Source: Spirochaetia bacterium (GTDB lineage: Bacteria > Spirochaetota > Spirochaetia > SZUA-6 > Bin103). Taken from it: a stretch of DNA of 64,000 nucleotides. Below, in pieces: positions 38,525 to 47,220 of the stretch. The stretch's first letter is position 1. Every line of letters begins with the position of its first letter. The position numbers and the translations under genes were made by a program. The stretch lies in assembly GCA_965203515.1 (NCBI GenBank), contig OZ241907.1:1376001-1440000 (forward strand), given 5' to 3'. The notes beneath the pieces are model-generated. The model made no database searches and had not been told where the DNA came from. It was given only the letters and a program-made list of their open reading frames with translations.

Positions 38525-39787
38525 TCATCCGATTACTCCGGTGGCGAATAGAAGACTCATATCGGCTCCGGCATGCCGGTTCTTCAGACGAGGGTGTTCA
38601 TCTCCCTTGATGATGTCCGTCGCCCCATCTTCATCCTTGCCAAAACACAGCGCCTCTTCCGGATTCGCTAATTTCAGGAATACGGGAGAATGGGTCGCGA
38701 CGAGTACTTGCGATGAGTATGCTGAAGCGAGCGAATCGTAGACGGGTTCGAGCGCTAGTGGATGCACGCCGTTCTCCGGTCCCTCCACAAGATATATCTC
38801 GTCTGTGGTCGGCAGATACGGCAGGACGGTAAGGGCCAGAAACCGCAACGTGCCGTCGGCGGTCATCCACGACGGCACCTGTATGCCGGTCTGGTACGAC
38901 AGCATCAGGTACGCGTGTCGATCGTCCGGACGGAAGACGACTCGTATATCTTCCAGGTCGGTCAGGATCGTCCGCACGTGGCGCAACCACTCCTCGTAGT
39001 CCGCCCGGTGATCGTCCCGGAGACGCTCGATGACCCATGGGAGATTGGAGCCGTCGGGCGCGAGTCCGGCGCCGTGCCGATTTGGAGGACTCGCCTGCCG
39101 CATCCTGGAGCCGTCGAGAAACAGCGGCTTGATCCGTGTCTGCAGGTTCCGCTTCACGTACGTAGAGGCCGGGAAATTCTCGGACGACTCCGGCAGATTG
39201 CGGAGCGTCGAACGGCGATCTCCAAATGACATGCTCGCGGCCCGGCCCGGTCCCAACCGTTCGGCAACCTCTACGTTGAAGGTATCGGCGCCATTCCCGC
39301 GCTTGTTCAGTACCGTGCGAATGCCGCGCGGGGTTCCCATCAGTATCGTGTCGGCATCCGCCAGCGGCTCGGGGAACCGGGAGCGGCGGCGTGCGGCAAT
39401 CCTCCGTTCCGGCATCAGGATGCCGCGTTCGGAAGCGATGGACCCGCCGTGCTCCCCTTCGCCGATCGCGACTTCGTAGCGGAATACCTGAAAGTCCTTC
39501 GCCGCAGGAAGGCGGTCCTTCACCTCCTGGGGCAACTGGAACTCCACGGCCAACTCGAACCGCAACGCGCGTTCGGGACGGTCCCATACCAAGTCCTGGA
39601 AATTGCGCGTCCGGCGTTCCAGCGCCGCATCGAGGCCGTCCGCCACCAGGTCGCCGAGGAATGCCACCGCGTCGAACAGGGTGCTCTTGCCGCTGGCGTT
39701 GGGACCGACCATGACGTGAAAGCGGTCGAGCGTGACGTCGACGTGCCGCAGGCAGCGGTAGTTGAGCGCCTGGATACGGCGGATCAC
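38525..39787 (-). CDS. AAA_21/ABC-type ATPase (MAD3/AbiEii-like) with atypical Walker B
   Basis: GPNASGKST, ADGTLRFLAL, LVEGPENGVHP, QVLVATHSP. Confidence 0.8.
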   Translation of the reverse strand: MIRRIQALNYRCLRHVDVTLDRFHVMVGPNASGKSTLFDAVAFLGDLVADGLDAALERRTRNFQDLVWDRPERALRFELAVEFQLPQEVKDRLPAAKDFQVFRYEVAIGEGEHGGSIASERGILMPERRIAARRRSRFPEPLADADTILMGTPRGIRTVLNKRGNGADTFNVEVAERLGPGRAASMSFGDRRSTLRNLPESSENFPASTYVKRNLQTRIKPLFLDGSRMRQASPPNRHGAGLAPDGSNLPWVIERLRDDHRADYEEWLRHVRTILTDLEDIRVVFRPDDRHAYLMLSYQTGIQVPSWMTADGTLRFLALTVLPYLPTTDEIYLVEGPENGVHPLALEPVYDSLASAYSSQVLVATHSPVFLKLANPEEALCFGKDEDGATDIIKGDEHPRLKNRHAGADMSLLFATGVIG

Positions 39788-39828
39788 GCGCCCACCACGT
39801 TCTTTCTGTCCAAGTCCGTTCCCGACAC

Positions 39829-40662
39829 TTATCTATTCTCGAGGTCGGACCTGCGGCTCAGTAGTGCCTCGAGTTCGGCCAAACGCGCTTCGGCCGCTTG
39901 GCGAGCGGCCGCTTCTTGTTGGACGCGGGCTTCTGCGGCTTGGCGGGCGGCTGCCTCCCGGCGGCGGGCGGCCGCTTCCTGCTCCACGCGAGCCTCCGCC
40001 TCCCGGCGTCGGTCTTCGGCCTCCTGGCGTCGGTCTTCGGCTTCCTGGCGTTGGTCTTCGGTCTCCGCCAAGTCCGGCAGGTCCTCTCCGCTCTCCGGAT
40101 CGTGGAACCGCAGCCGCCGGCCGGCCAGACGCACCTCCAGTCCCAGCACCTCGCTCCGCAGCGCCAACGTCCCGTCCGCCAACTCCCGCTCCGGCAGCCG
40201 CTCGTACGCTCCTTCCACCAACTCCGACCCCTGCAGCGGCGGCTCCAGGTAGTCCCGCGTCGGATCGTACTGCCAGTACTCCCGCACCCCCAGCCGGCGA
40301 TACAACTCCCGCTTCTTCCTCTGGTCTTCCCGCCACGTCGCCCGCGACGTGATCTCCAGCACGAAGTCGGGTCCCTGCCCCTCCTCCCACAGTCGGTACG
40401 ACGAGCGTTCGACGTTGCGCACGCCGAACACCACGAAGACGTCCGGCGCCACCCTCGCGCGCGGATTCCCTTCCTCGTAGTAGATCAGCAGGTTGCCGGA
40501 GGCGTACACGTCGGCGTGGTTGCGGAAGTGGTACCGGAGCCGGTCGACGGCGTACGTCAGGGGAATCCGTTGGGAATCGCTTTCGGCCATCGGCTTGCCG
40601 TCGGAGCTGGGGTACTCTACCGCTGCCGGCGCCGCCAGCGGAGCGCTGAGTGAACTTGCCAT
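39829..40662 (-). CDS. Uma2 family endonuclease with coiled-coil repeat tail (copy A)
   Basis: YPSSDGKPMAE, VAPDVFVV, PDFVLEITS, GVREYWQYDP; EAEDRRQ/EAAARRQ heptads; SD GGAGGT. Confidence 0.92.
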   Translation of the reverse strand: MASSLSAPLAAPAAVEYPSSDGKPMAESDSQRIPLTYAVDRLRYHFRNHADVYASGNLLIYYEEGNPRARVAPDVFVVFGVRNVERSSYRLWEEGQGPDFVLEITSRATWREDQRKKRELYRRLGVREYWQYDPTRDYLEPPLQGSELVEGAYERLPERELADGTLALRSEVLGLEVRLAGRRLRFHDPESGEDLPDLAETEDQRQEAEDRRQEAEDRRREAEARVEQEAAARRREAAARQAAEARVQQEAAARQAAEARLAELEALLSRRSDLENR

Positions 40663-40784
40663 TCGACCATACCTCCGGACGCCGGCCAGCATAGCACGCC
40701 GCGCGACAGCGCGACAGACTCCCTGGGCGATTGGAGAGCTTCCTGTCAGTACCTGCCAACAGAGTGGAAGTGCGCCGCCGGCCG

Positions 40785-40849
40785 GGTCGGCCATCTTGAC
40801 CACCGGATGGCGGCTGAACGCCTCCAGCGCCGGCCCGGTTGCCGCCCAC
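40785..40849 (-). repeat. 65-bp orphan copy of an internal segment of the DUF1156 methylase gene
   Basis: Matches 44624..44688 with one mismatch by eye; encodes WAATGPALEAFSRHPVVKMAD. Confidence 0.9.
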
Positions 40850-40878
40850 GGCCAGCCTCCCGAGATACACGACATGTT

Positions 40879-41439
40879 CTATCCAGCCGGCCGATGAGAT
40901 GTGTCCTTTCCAGTCGCCGAGTATTTGCCGAGTTCCTGAGAAAACCATTCGACGAACTTGACCGCCGAACGATACATTTGGTATATCTCTTCCGATGTCT
41001 TTTCGAGTGTGTAGCTTCCATAATCCTGATGCACCATCCTGTTTCGCTCTCGCCCGATCTCCATGAACGCCTGAATGGACGAAGACAGATTGTCCCTGTT
41101 GATCAGTGTACTCATGTGGTCCTTGAACGAATCGCCGAACATACTGAAGAATCGGTTCGCGTTACTCGCATCCCAAGAGAACCAGGTATGGTACTGTCGT
41201 TCCACTACCCGTCTCTTGATCAACCACGTAACGACGTGATTCGGTGCCGTCGCAGCCTCCGCGAAAGATACCACTACGTCCGTCAGTTGCCTTTCGAAGT
41301 AGCTCGCGGCAGCCAACAGCAGCGCCTTCCTGAAGTTGGCATCCGCCGTACTTCGCAACGAAATCTCGCCTGCCTCGTCCAACACTGCAAGAAGATCGTC
41401 AAAGTCGCGATGCAATGCATCGACCGGCGTAGCAGCCAT
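40879..41439 (-). CDS. HEPN-domain putative RNase (RiboL-PSP/MAE_28990-like)
   Basis: LLLAAASYFE helix and RNRMVH (R-x4-H) motif; lower GC. Confidence 0.8.
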   Translation of the reverse strand: MAATPVDALHRDFDDLLAVLDEAGEISLRSTADANFRKALLLAAASYFERQLTDVVVSFAEAATAPNHVVTWLIKRRVVERQYHTWFSWDASNANRFFSMFGDSFKDHMSTLINRDNLSSSIQAFMEIGRERNRMVHQDYGSYTLEKTSEEIYQMYRSAVKFVEWFSQELGKYSATGKDTSHRPAG

Positions 41440-41449
41440 TGATCGACCG

Positions 41450-42640
41450 TTACAGGGTTCCTACGATGGCAGCCGCCCTGTCCAGACGTTTCTTTACGTT
41501 AGCCGTGCTGGTGGTACTCACCGAAGATGCCTCGGAAAACTCCTTGTCCTGTTCCAGATCACGAATCCTGTCGGCATCGAGCGAACCGTCTATCGGTCTC
41601 CTTTCCGCTATGGCTCCTTTTCCTGATACGGCAAATACCGCCTCGTAGAGCGCAATGTTGAATCGGTTGTTCCGTTTGTTGCAAAATATGTCTGCAGGCA
41701 GATTTGCGCAAGCAAGGAGAAAGGAACCAAACAGCCTCTCGAGATATTCATTTCTTTCGGCGCTGTTGTTCGTGCACTTCTTGGAGAACAGATTGAGGAA
41801 CCGAACCATCGAGGGAGCATAATTATCGCCGTCTACAAGCATGGCGAACCCTCGGAGCAAGATCTCGATATCCTTCATGTGCAAATCGGGAGCGTCCGAT
41901 CTCAGCAGCTTTCTCCATTGTGGACTCTCGGCATTGATCCGATAGAGCATCCGATAGAAGTCGGAGTGATACATACTCGTTCGGATCTCCTGCGGTTTCA
42001 GGTTGACGCCGCCCGTGTTGAGTCGATTGAACACCTCGAACATCGACGAGTCGTCTCCCGATGGAGCGTTCTGCTTTACCACGATATTTCGTATCGGACG
42101 AAGGTCGAGTTGAGTTTTATAGTTGCCGAGCGTAGCATAGTTCAAGCCCTTGAGCTTGTTCTCTCGATTCGGAAGCGAGCTCGCCAGTCTCAGGTTGAAC
42201 GTCTGAAAGTACTCGTCGTCGTGCAGTACCTGGTCGGGGACAGTACCCTGCTGATCGAAAATGCGGCGAATCTCGTCCCGCCGCTCTTTTCGAGGAAAGC
42301 GCTTCTTGATGAAATAGTAGATCGACATCAGACGTTGCTGACCGTCGATCACGAGAAACCTGTTTCGCTCCTGCTCGTAGAGAAAGAGCTGCGGGACCGG
42401 AAGACCAAGGATCAGCGATTCGATCAACCTGGAAGATCGTCCGATGTCCCACACGAAATTGCGCTGGAATCCGGGAATCCGTACCGAGCCGGAATCCACG
42501 AAGCTGTGGAGGGTCATGACGTTGAAGTCGTTCGGAGAAGCGGAGATGTCGTATTCTTCGATCTGCAGCTCGTCCTTGTCTTCGGCGTCCTTTTCTTCGG
42601 CGTAGTCGTCGTACCAGTCCGACCGGCCATTCTGGTCCAT
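41450..42640 (-). CDS. DUF262 (ParB-like/GmrS-type) domain protein
   Basis: PGFQRNFVW, LIESLILGLPVP, VIDGQQRL, FNRLNTGG; lower GC. Confidence 0.92.
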   Translation of the reverse strand: MDQNGRSDWYDDYAEEKDAEDKDELQIEEYDISASPNDFNVMTLHSFVDSGSVRIPGFQRNFVWDIGRSSRLIESLILGLPVPQLFLYEQERNRFLVIDGQQRLMSIYYFIKKRFPRKERRDEIRRIFDQQGTVPDQVLHDDEYFQTFNLRLASSLPNRENKLKGLNYATLGNYKTQLDLRPIRNIVVKQNAPSGDDSSMFEVFNRLNTGGVNLKPQEIRTSMYHSDFYRMLYRINAESPQWRKLLRSDAPDLHMKDIEILLRGFAMLVDGDNYAPSMVRFLNLFSKKCTNNSAERNEYLERLFGSFLLACANLPADIFCNKRNNRFNIALYEAVFAVSGKGAIAERRPIDGSLDADRIRDLEQDKEFSEASSVSTTSTANVKKRLDRAAAIVGTL

Positions 42641-42896
42641 GCGGCTTCTCCTGTCGGCGACTACCGCGGGTGACGGCGGTTCGCGCTGCTACTCATCAAT
42701 ACAATAGCACGCCATGCGGCGCGAGGGTGCCGCCACGCCGGCGGCCATCCATCGAGCACCGGATGCCGGCAGCCCGCAGTCGCTCGGTGAACACTGGGTT
42801 TCTCGTCTTGATTGTCGCTCGATTCTCATCCTGATTGTCCTGCTACACTCGGGCCACAGGCCGGTGCTGAACGACCGGTGGGGTGGCGGAACTGAG

Positions 42897-43160
42897 TCAG
42901 CTCTCCCGATCTGACGCGTGGATCTGTCGGCGGAGCAACTCGAACGCCTCCTGGTCGAAGCCGGTAGCCTGCTCGATGGTCGACCACCCGACGCCGGCGT
43001 GCAGAAAACTCTCGATCATGGCCACTTGGCCTTCCTGCCGGCCTTCCTGCCGGCCTTCCTGCCGGCCTTCCTGCCGGCCTTCCTGCCGGCCTTTCAGCAC
43101 GCCTTCCCGGATGCCTTCCAGACGACCTTCCTGGATCAGCTGCTCCCCATACGTATTCAT
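42897..43160 (-). CDS. Putative intragenic small Rpn C-terminal protein (RpnS-like, 87 aa)
   Basis: AGGAGGAGAT-ATG in frame. Confidence 0.62.
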   Translation of the reverse strand: MNTYGEQLIQEGRLEGIREGVLKGRQEGRQEGRQEGRQEGRQEGQVAMIESFLHAGVGWSTIEQATGFDQEAFELLRRQIHASDRES

Positions 43161-43928
43161 ATCTCCTCCTGGTCCCCGTACTTCCCGCCGCAGCGCCGCG
43201 CCGAACTCCCGCAACGTCTCCTCGTCCTGAGTGCGGAGCACGTACAACACCACCACCGCGAACCGTTCGCTCTGTCCCGCCCGGTCCAACTCTCCCATGA
43301 GCCGCACCGCCGTCTCCAGCGCCTCCCTCATCTCGCGGCGCGCCGCCGCCATCAGCGCAAGCTGCGCCAACCGGCCCAACGGTTCGCCCCGTACCGCTCC
43401 TACGTCCGTCTGCGACTGGTCCACCAGCAGGTGCGTGAACTGCGGCGTCCAGGGCCACTCCCTGACCGGTTTCGCAAACAAGTCGCTGAACTGGGTCGCA
43501 TGGCGCCAGCGGGACGCGCCCTGATAGAACACCAGCGGCACGATCGCCGGCAAGTCAGGCGTCTCCTCCGCTTCGTCAGAGCGCAAGAAATCATCCCAGA
43601 TGCGGCAGCAGTACTTCAGCAGCCGGAATCGCATCCACCGATCCGGCCGCGATTGGTGCTCGAACAGCAGATAGAGCCGCAGCGAACGCGGCTCGTCACC
43701 CGGCTCCGCGACGCCTGGGCGCTGCTCGACCGCGTACAGCAGGTCGGACTCGCTGGCGCGCAGATCGTCGTCCACGAAGCTGTCGTTCATCAGCGTCAGG
43801 CTGGACCAGTTCAGCGTATCGGCGAGCCACGACGGCACGTGGGCGCGCAGCAAGCCGGCCGCTTCGGCAGGCTCGGAGAACACCTTGCGAAACAGACGGT
43901 CATGCGGCTGGTGCATGTCGCGCGTCAT
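42897..43928 (-). CDS. Rpn family recombination-promoting nuclease / putative transposase (third, divergent copy)
   Basis: PHDRLF, SDLLY, LLFEHQS, MRFRLLKY, PLVFYQG, GRQE x5. Confidence 0.92.
   Translation of the reverse strand: MTRDMHQPHDRLFRKVFSEPAEAAGLLRAHVPSWLADTLNWSSLTLMNDSFVDDDLRASESDLLYAVEQRPGVAEPGDEPRSLRLYLLFEHQSRPDRWMRFRLLKYCCRIWDDFLRSDEAEETPDLPAIVPLVFYQGASRWRHATQFSDLFAKPVREWPWTPQFTHLLVDQSQTDVGAVRGEPLGRLAQLALMAAARREMREALETAVRLMGELDRAGQSERFAVVVLYVLRTQDEETLREFGAALRREVRGPGGDMNTYGEQLIQEGRLEGIREGVLKGRQEGRQEGRQEGRQEGRQEGQVAMIESFLHAGVGWSTIEQATGFDQEAFELLRRQIHASDRES
43027..43092. repeat. 12-bp tandem repeat (ggccttcctgcc) ~5 copies encoding GRQE
   Basis: Directly visible tandem repeat. Confidence 0.9.
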
Positions 43929-43985
43929 GCGTGGTGCCGCGCAGCATAGCATTGATCGAACGGCATCGAATGCCCCGGCGCCATC

Positions 43986-46900
43986 CTAAGACTCTTCATA
44001 CAACAGCAGGCCCTGCTGCGGCGCGAAGGAGTGGCCGCGGAGGTGGTTCTGGATCGACTCCAGGAGGGCGCGTTCTTCCGAGCCGGCTTCGGCCAGCTCG
44101 ATTAGCGCCTGCACCACGCGGGCGAACAGTTCGTGGCGCCAGAGGCCGCGCGCGTCCAGGTAGCCGTTCACGCGGCTCAACTCGCCGGTCTTCCAGAGTT
44201 GCATCAGCTTGTGCACCCGGTCGATCAGCGGCGGCGCGGCGCCGTCGGCCGCCGGCTCGCCCAGGTCGCGGGCGCGGCGGCGGTGCCACGGCTTGAGCCG
44301 GGCCTCGCCGCCGGAGACGGCGATCGCTTCTTCTTCGTCGCCGGCGCCAGCCTGCGCCGCTCCCGCGCCGCGGACCAGGAGGTCGAGGCGGCCGGCGAGG
44401 GTCGCATCTGACAGGTTGCACGACAGCGCGTACAGAATGCAGGCGCCGGCCTGCGCCGCGCCGAGTCCGAAGTCGTTGCGGTGCAGCAGGTAATAGGTGG
44501 TCGGATCGTCCAGCTCGTCGGCCGCCCCGCCTTCCTGCCGCAGCAGGCGGCTCACCACGAAGCCGACCACCATGCGCCGCACGTGGCGCAGGAACTGGGC
44601 GACCGTCAAGCGCTCGCCCGGCCGGTCGGCCATCTTGACCACCGGATGGCGGCTGAACGCCTCCAGCGCCGGCCCGGTGGCCGCCCACACGAAGTCCGGC
44701 CCGCGGATGCCGGCGTCCCAGAAGTCCCGCAGCCGTTCGGTGACGAGCTCCTGCATCTCGTCCAGCACCGGCCCGTCCCAGCCCGGCCTGGTGGCCGCCG
44801 GACGCTTCCGGCACACCAGCCAGATCGACGAGGCCAGCCGCGCGCCGCCGGCGACCTTGCTTTCCCGCTCGGTCTGAATCGGCCAAGATGCGTCGACCAC
44901 GAAGCCGGCGCGGATCAGCGCCGAGACCAGCGTCTCCCAGGCTGACGGCTGCTTGTTGGCGAACACGACCACCAGCCGACCGTCCTCGCGCAGCGCTTCA
45001 TGGCAACGGCGCAAGGTGCGCGACATGCCGTGCTCGTAGGCGGCTCTCGATGCAGCCCCGTCCGCGTCGAACCGGCTCGGCTGATCGACCAGTTCGCCGT
45101 CGTTCGCGTCCCGGTCCCACTTCGGACCGAGCGGCGCGGCGAATGCGGCGTCGGTTTCGGGTGAGATTCCGTGGACGGTGCGCCGCAGCCAGACGTAGAA
45201 GAAGTCCATCAGGTCCGAGTAGGGAATCGCGTCGTAGTAGGGAGGGTCGGTGCAGATCAGGTCGAAGCGTTCGTCGAGCGTTGCGGTAGCGGTCCGGTGC
45301 GCGACCCGGGGAGTCGGGGCTCCTGCCGCGGCTTCGCTCGTGTACTCGAAGACGCGGGCGACCCACTCGACCGCCTGGATGAAGCCGCCGGTGGTATCGA
45401 CCAGCGGGCAGGACTCGGCGAAGTCCCAAACCATGGGCAGCGCGAAGCGCGCGAAGGCGTGGCTCACCTGTTCCGCGCCACTGGTCCAGGTAGCCAAGGC
45501 GCAGCAGCGATCTGCCAAGCGGCTGATCGTTGGCGCCAGATTGGCAGTCAACGCTTCACGCCACTCCTGCGGATAGGCGTTTCCGGAACTGGCCATATCC
45601 TCGAAGCAGCGGCGTATCTCCCGAACGAATACGCCCAGCGCCAGGAGTTGCCGGTCGGTAAAGATCGTGCGCCACGTGTCGAAGCCGTAGCGCGGCAGCC
45701 CCGAGGCGCCCCGTGAGTTCGGCGACGGCCGCTCCGCTACGATCGCCTCGTCCGGGAGGCCGAACGGGAGGTCGGCGTACAGCGCTGCGAGCGCTTCGCG
45801 GCTGACGCGCGCCGCCTCGATCTCCGCCTCGGTCGGCAGGCGGTACTCCTTGCCCTGCTGGCCGTCCACCACCACGGCGGTCATGCGCTCGCCCATCCGG
45901 CCCGCGCGCGCCTCGACGCGCATGTCCTCCATCGTGCTGATGTCGCCGCAGCACGGACAGGTCGCGCCGCTGCGGTGCATGGTGCCGGCGCCGTCGTCCC
46001 CAGGAACGTCCCCGGCGGCGGCGACGCCGAACGTGACTCCGGCGCCGTCGGCCCGCGGCGCCATCGTCAGCAGCACGCGCTTGTTCGCCTTCCGGCACAG
46101 CCAACGCGTCTTCAAGAGCGGAATCTCCGCCCGGCAGCCCCGGCAGCGGATCGTGCGCGCCCACAGATACGCCACCGCCGGCTTGGCCACCCAGCGCGGG
46201 TTCGCTTCGTCTTCCAGATAGTACTCGTCGAACTCCGCGTTGAGCGCCGCCGCCGACACCCGTCCGTCCCGGTCCGGTTCCAGCAGCCGCGGCGGCCGCG
46301 GCCGGTAGCGCGCCGTGCGCTGCAGCGCGTTCCTCCCCGCGCCCTTGCGCCGCGCCGGCTCGAACTCCGCGTACGTCGGGTAGCGCGCGGCCAGCTCCCG
46401 CCGCGCCCGGTCCAGCACCCGCTGCCCCCACGCCCGCAGATGCCACGCCGCGTCCGCCTCCGCCACCGGCGGCGAGCGCATCGACGTAAACTCCGTCTCG
46501 TCGGTCTGACCGTGCCCGTAGCGGGCCAACTCCTGCCGTATCCGGCGCTGGTTCGTGATTCCCAGCGCCTTCGTCACGAATGCCGCCGCGAACGACCGAT
46601 CTTCCAACGCGAACGCGGGCAGCGGTCTCGTCCGGCCGGCCAGCAGCCGCGGGTAATGCAGCGTGCAGCGCAGGATGAACCACGCCACCGGGTTGATGTC
46701 CGCGGCGACCGCCTCGCAGCCCAGCCGCATCGCCTCCAGCGGAATCGCCCCGCCGCCGGCGAACGGATCAAGCACCCGCGGCGCCCGTCCGCCAAACGCC
46801 TGCCGAATCTCCCGCCGGAACGCGGCCAGCTCGCCTTCGTGCTCCGGCTCTTGCTCGCGGCCCCAGTGCAGGATGCCGCCGTGGGTCTCCTCCCGCCTCC

Positions 46901-47147
46901 CGTTGCCGTCCGGCCGCTCCACCACGGCCCCGGCCATGCGCTGCAACAACTCGCGGCGCGCGTCCCGGCTCCCCGGATCGGGCAGCAGCGTGGCCAACAG
47001 CGCCGCCCGACTCGCCGCCAACGGCCGCCGCGCCGGCCAGATGTGCAGCGTCGAGATATGCCCGTGGCGCACGTTCTTCTCATGCACCGAATCGAGCGAC
47101 ACCTGCTTCAGCGGAAACGCCGCCTCGATCAACCGCCTATCAGCCAT
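43986..47147 (-). CDS. DUF1156 domain adenine DNA methyltransferase
   Basis: LHIWPARRPLAASRA, DPFAGGGAIPLEA (SAM-binding), TDPPYY (catalytic), CxxC pairs. Confidence 0.92.
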   Translation of the reverse strand: MADRRLIEAAFPLKQVSLDSVHEKNVRHGHISTLHIWPARRPLAASRAALLATLLPDPGSRDARRELLQRMAGAVVERPDGNGRREETHGGILHWGREQEPEHEGELAAFRREIRQAFGGRAPRVLDPFAGGGAIPLEAMRLGCEAVAADINPVAWFILRCTLHYPRLLAGRTRPLPAFALEDRSFAAAFVTKALGITNQRRIRQELARYGHGQTDETEFTSMRSPPVAEADAAWHLRAWGQRVLDRARRELAARYPTYAEFEPARRKGAGRNALQRTARYRPRPPRLLEPDRDGRVSAAALNAEFDEYYLEDEANPRWVAKPAVAYLWARTIRCRGCRAEIPLLKTRWLCRKANKRVLLTMAPRADGAGVTFGVAAAGDVPGDDGAGTMHRSGATCPCCGDISTMEDMRVEARAGRMGERMTAVVVDGQQGKEYRLPTEAEIEAARVSREALAALYADLPFGLPDEAIVAERPSPNSRGASGLPRYGFDTWRTIFTDRQLLALGVFVREIRRCFEDMASSGNAYPQEWREALTANLAPTISRLADRCCALATWTSGAEQVSHAFARFALPMVWDFAESCPLVDTTGGFIQAVEWVARVFEYTSEAAAGAPTPRVAHRTATATLDERFDLICTDPPYYDAIPYSDLMDFFYVWLRRTVHGISPETDAAFAAPLGPKWDRDANDGELVDQPSRFDADGAASRAAYEHGMSRTLRRCHEALREDGRLVVVFANKQPSAWETLVSALIRAGFVVDASWPIQTERESKVAGGARLASSIWLVCRKRPAATRPGWDGPVLDEMQELVTERLRDFWDAGIRGPDFVWAATGPALEAFSRHPVVKMADRPGERLTVAQFLRHVRRMVVGFVVSRLLRQEGGAADELDDPTTYYLLHRNDFGLGAAQAGACILYALSCNLSDATLAGRLDLLVRGAGAAQAGAGDEEEAIAVSGGEARLKPWHRRRARDLGEPAADGAAPPLIDRVHKLMQLWKTGELSRVNGYLDARGLWRHELFARVVQALIELAEAGSEERALLESIQNHLRGHSFAPQQGLLLYEES

Positions 47148-47220
47148 CCCGCTCCAAAAAGTTCCTGATAGTGATTATTGGCAACGCTACACCTCATCGC
47201 TATCGCTCGAACCGCGAACA

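Noticed and set aside
19355..38610. Long antisense ORFs (19355..21640, 26951..29968, 35773..38610)
   Set aside because: Mirror frames of well-supported genes, common at high GC.
40663..40875. Methylase::Uma2 fusion implied by the 348-aa ORF call
   Set aside because: Uma2 has its own -10 box and SD shared with copy B, so the in-frame upstream fragment is probably untranslated.
42641..42896. 255-bp intergenic region as ncRNA
   Set aside because: Only a short gattgtc repeat and a -10-like box; no convincing structure or family motif.
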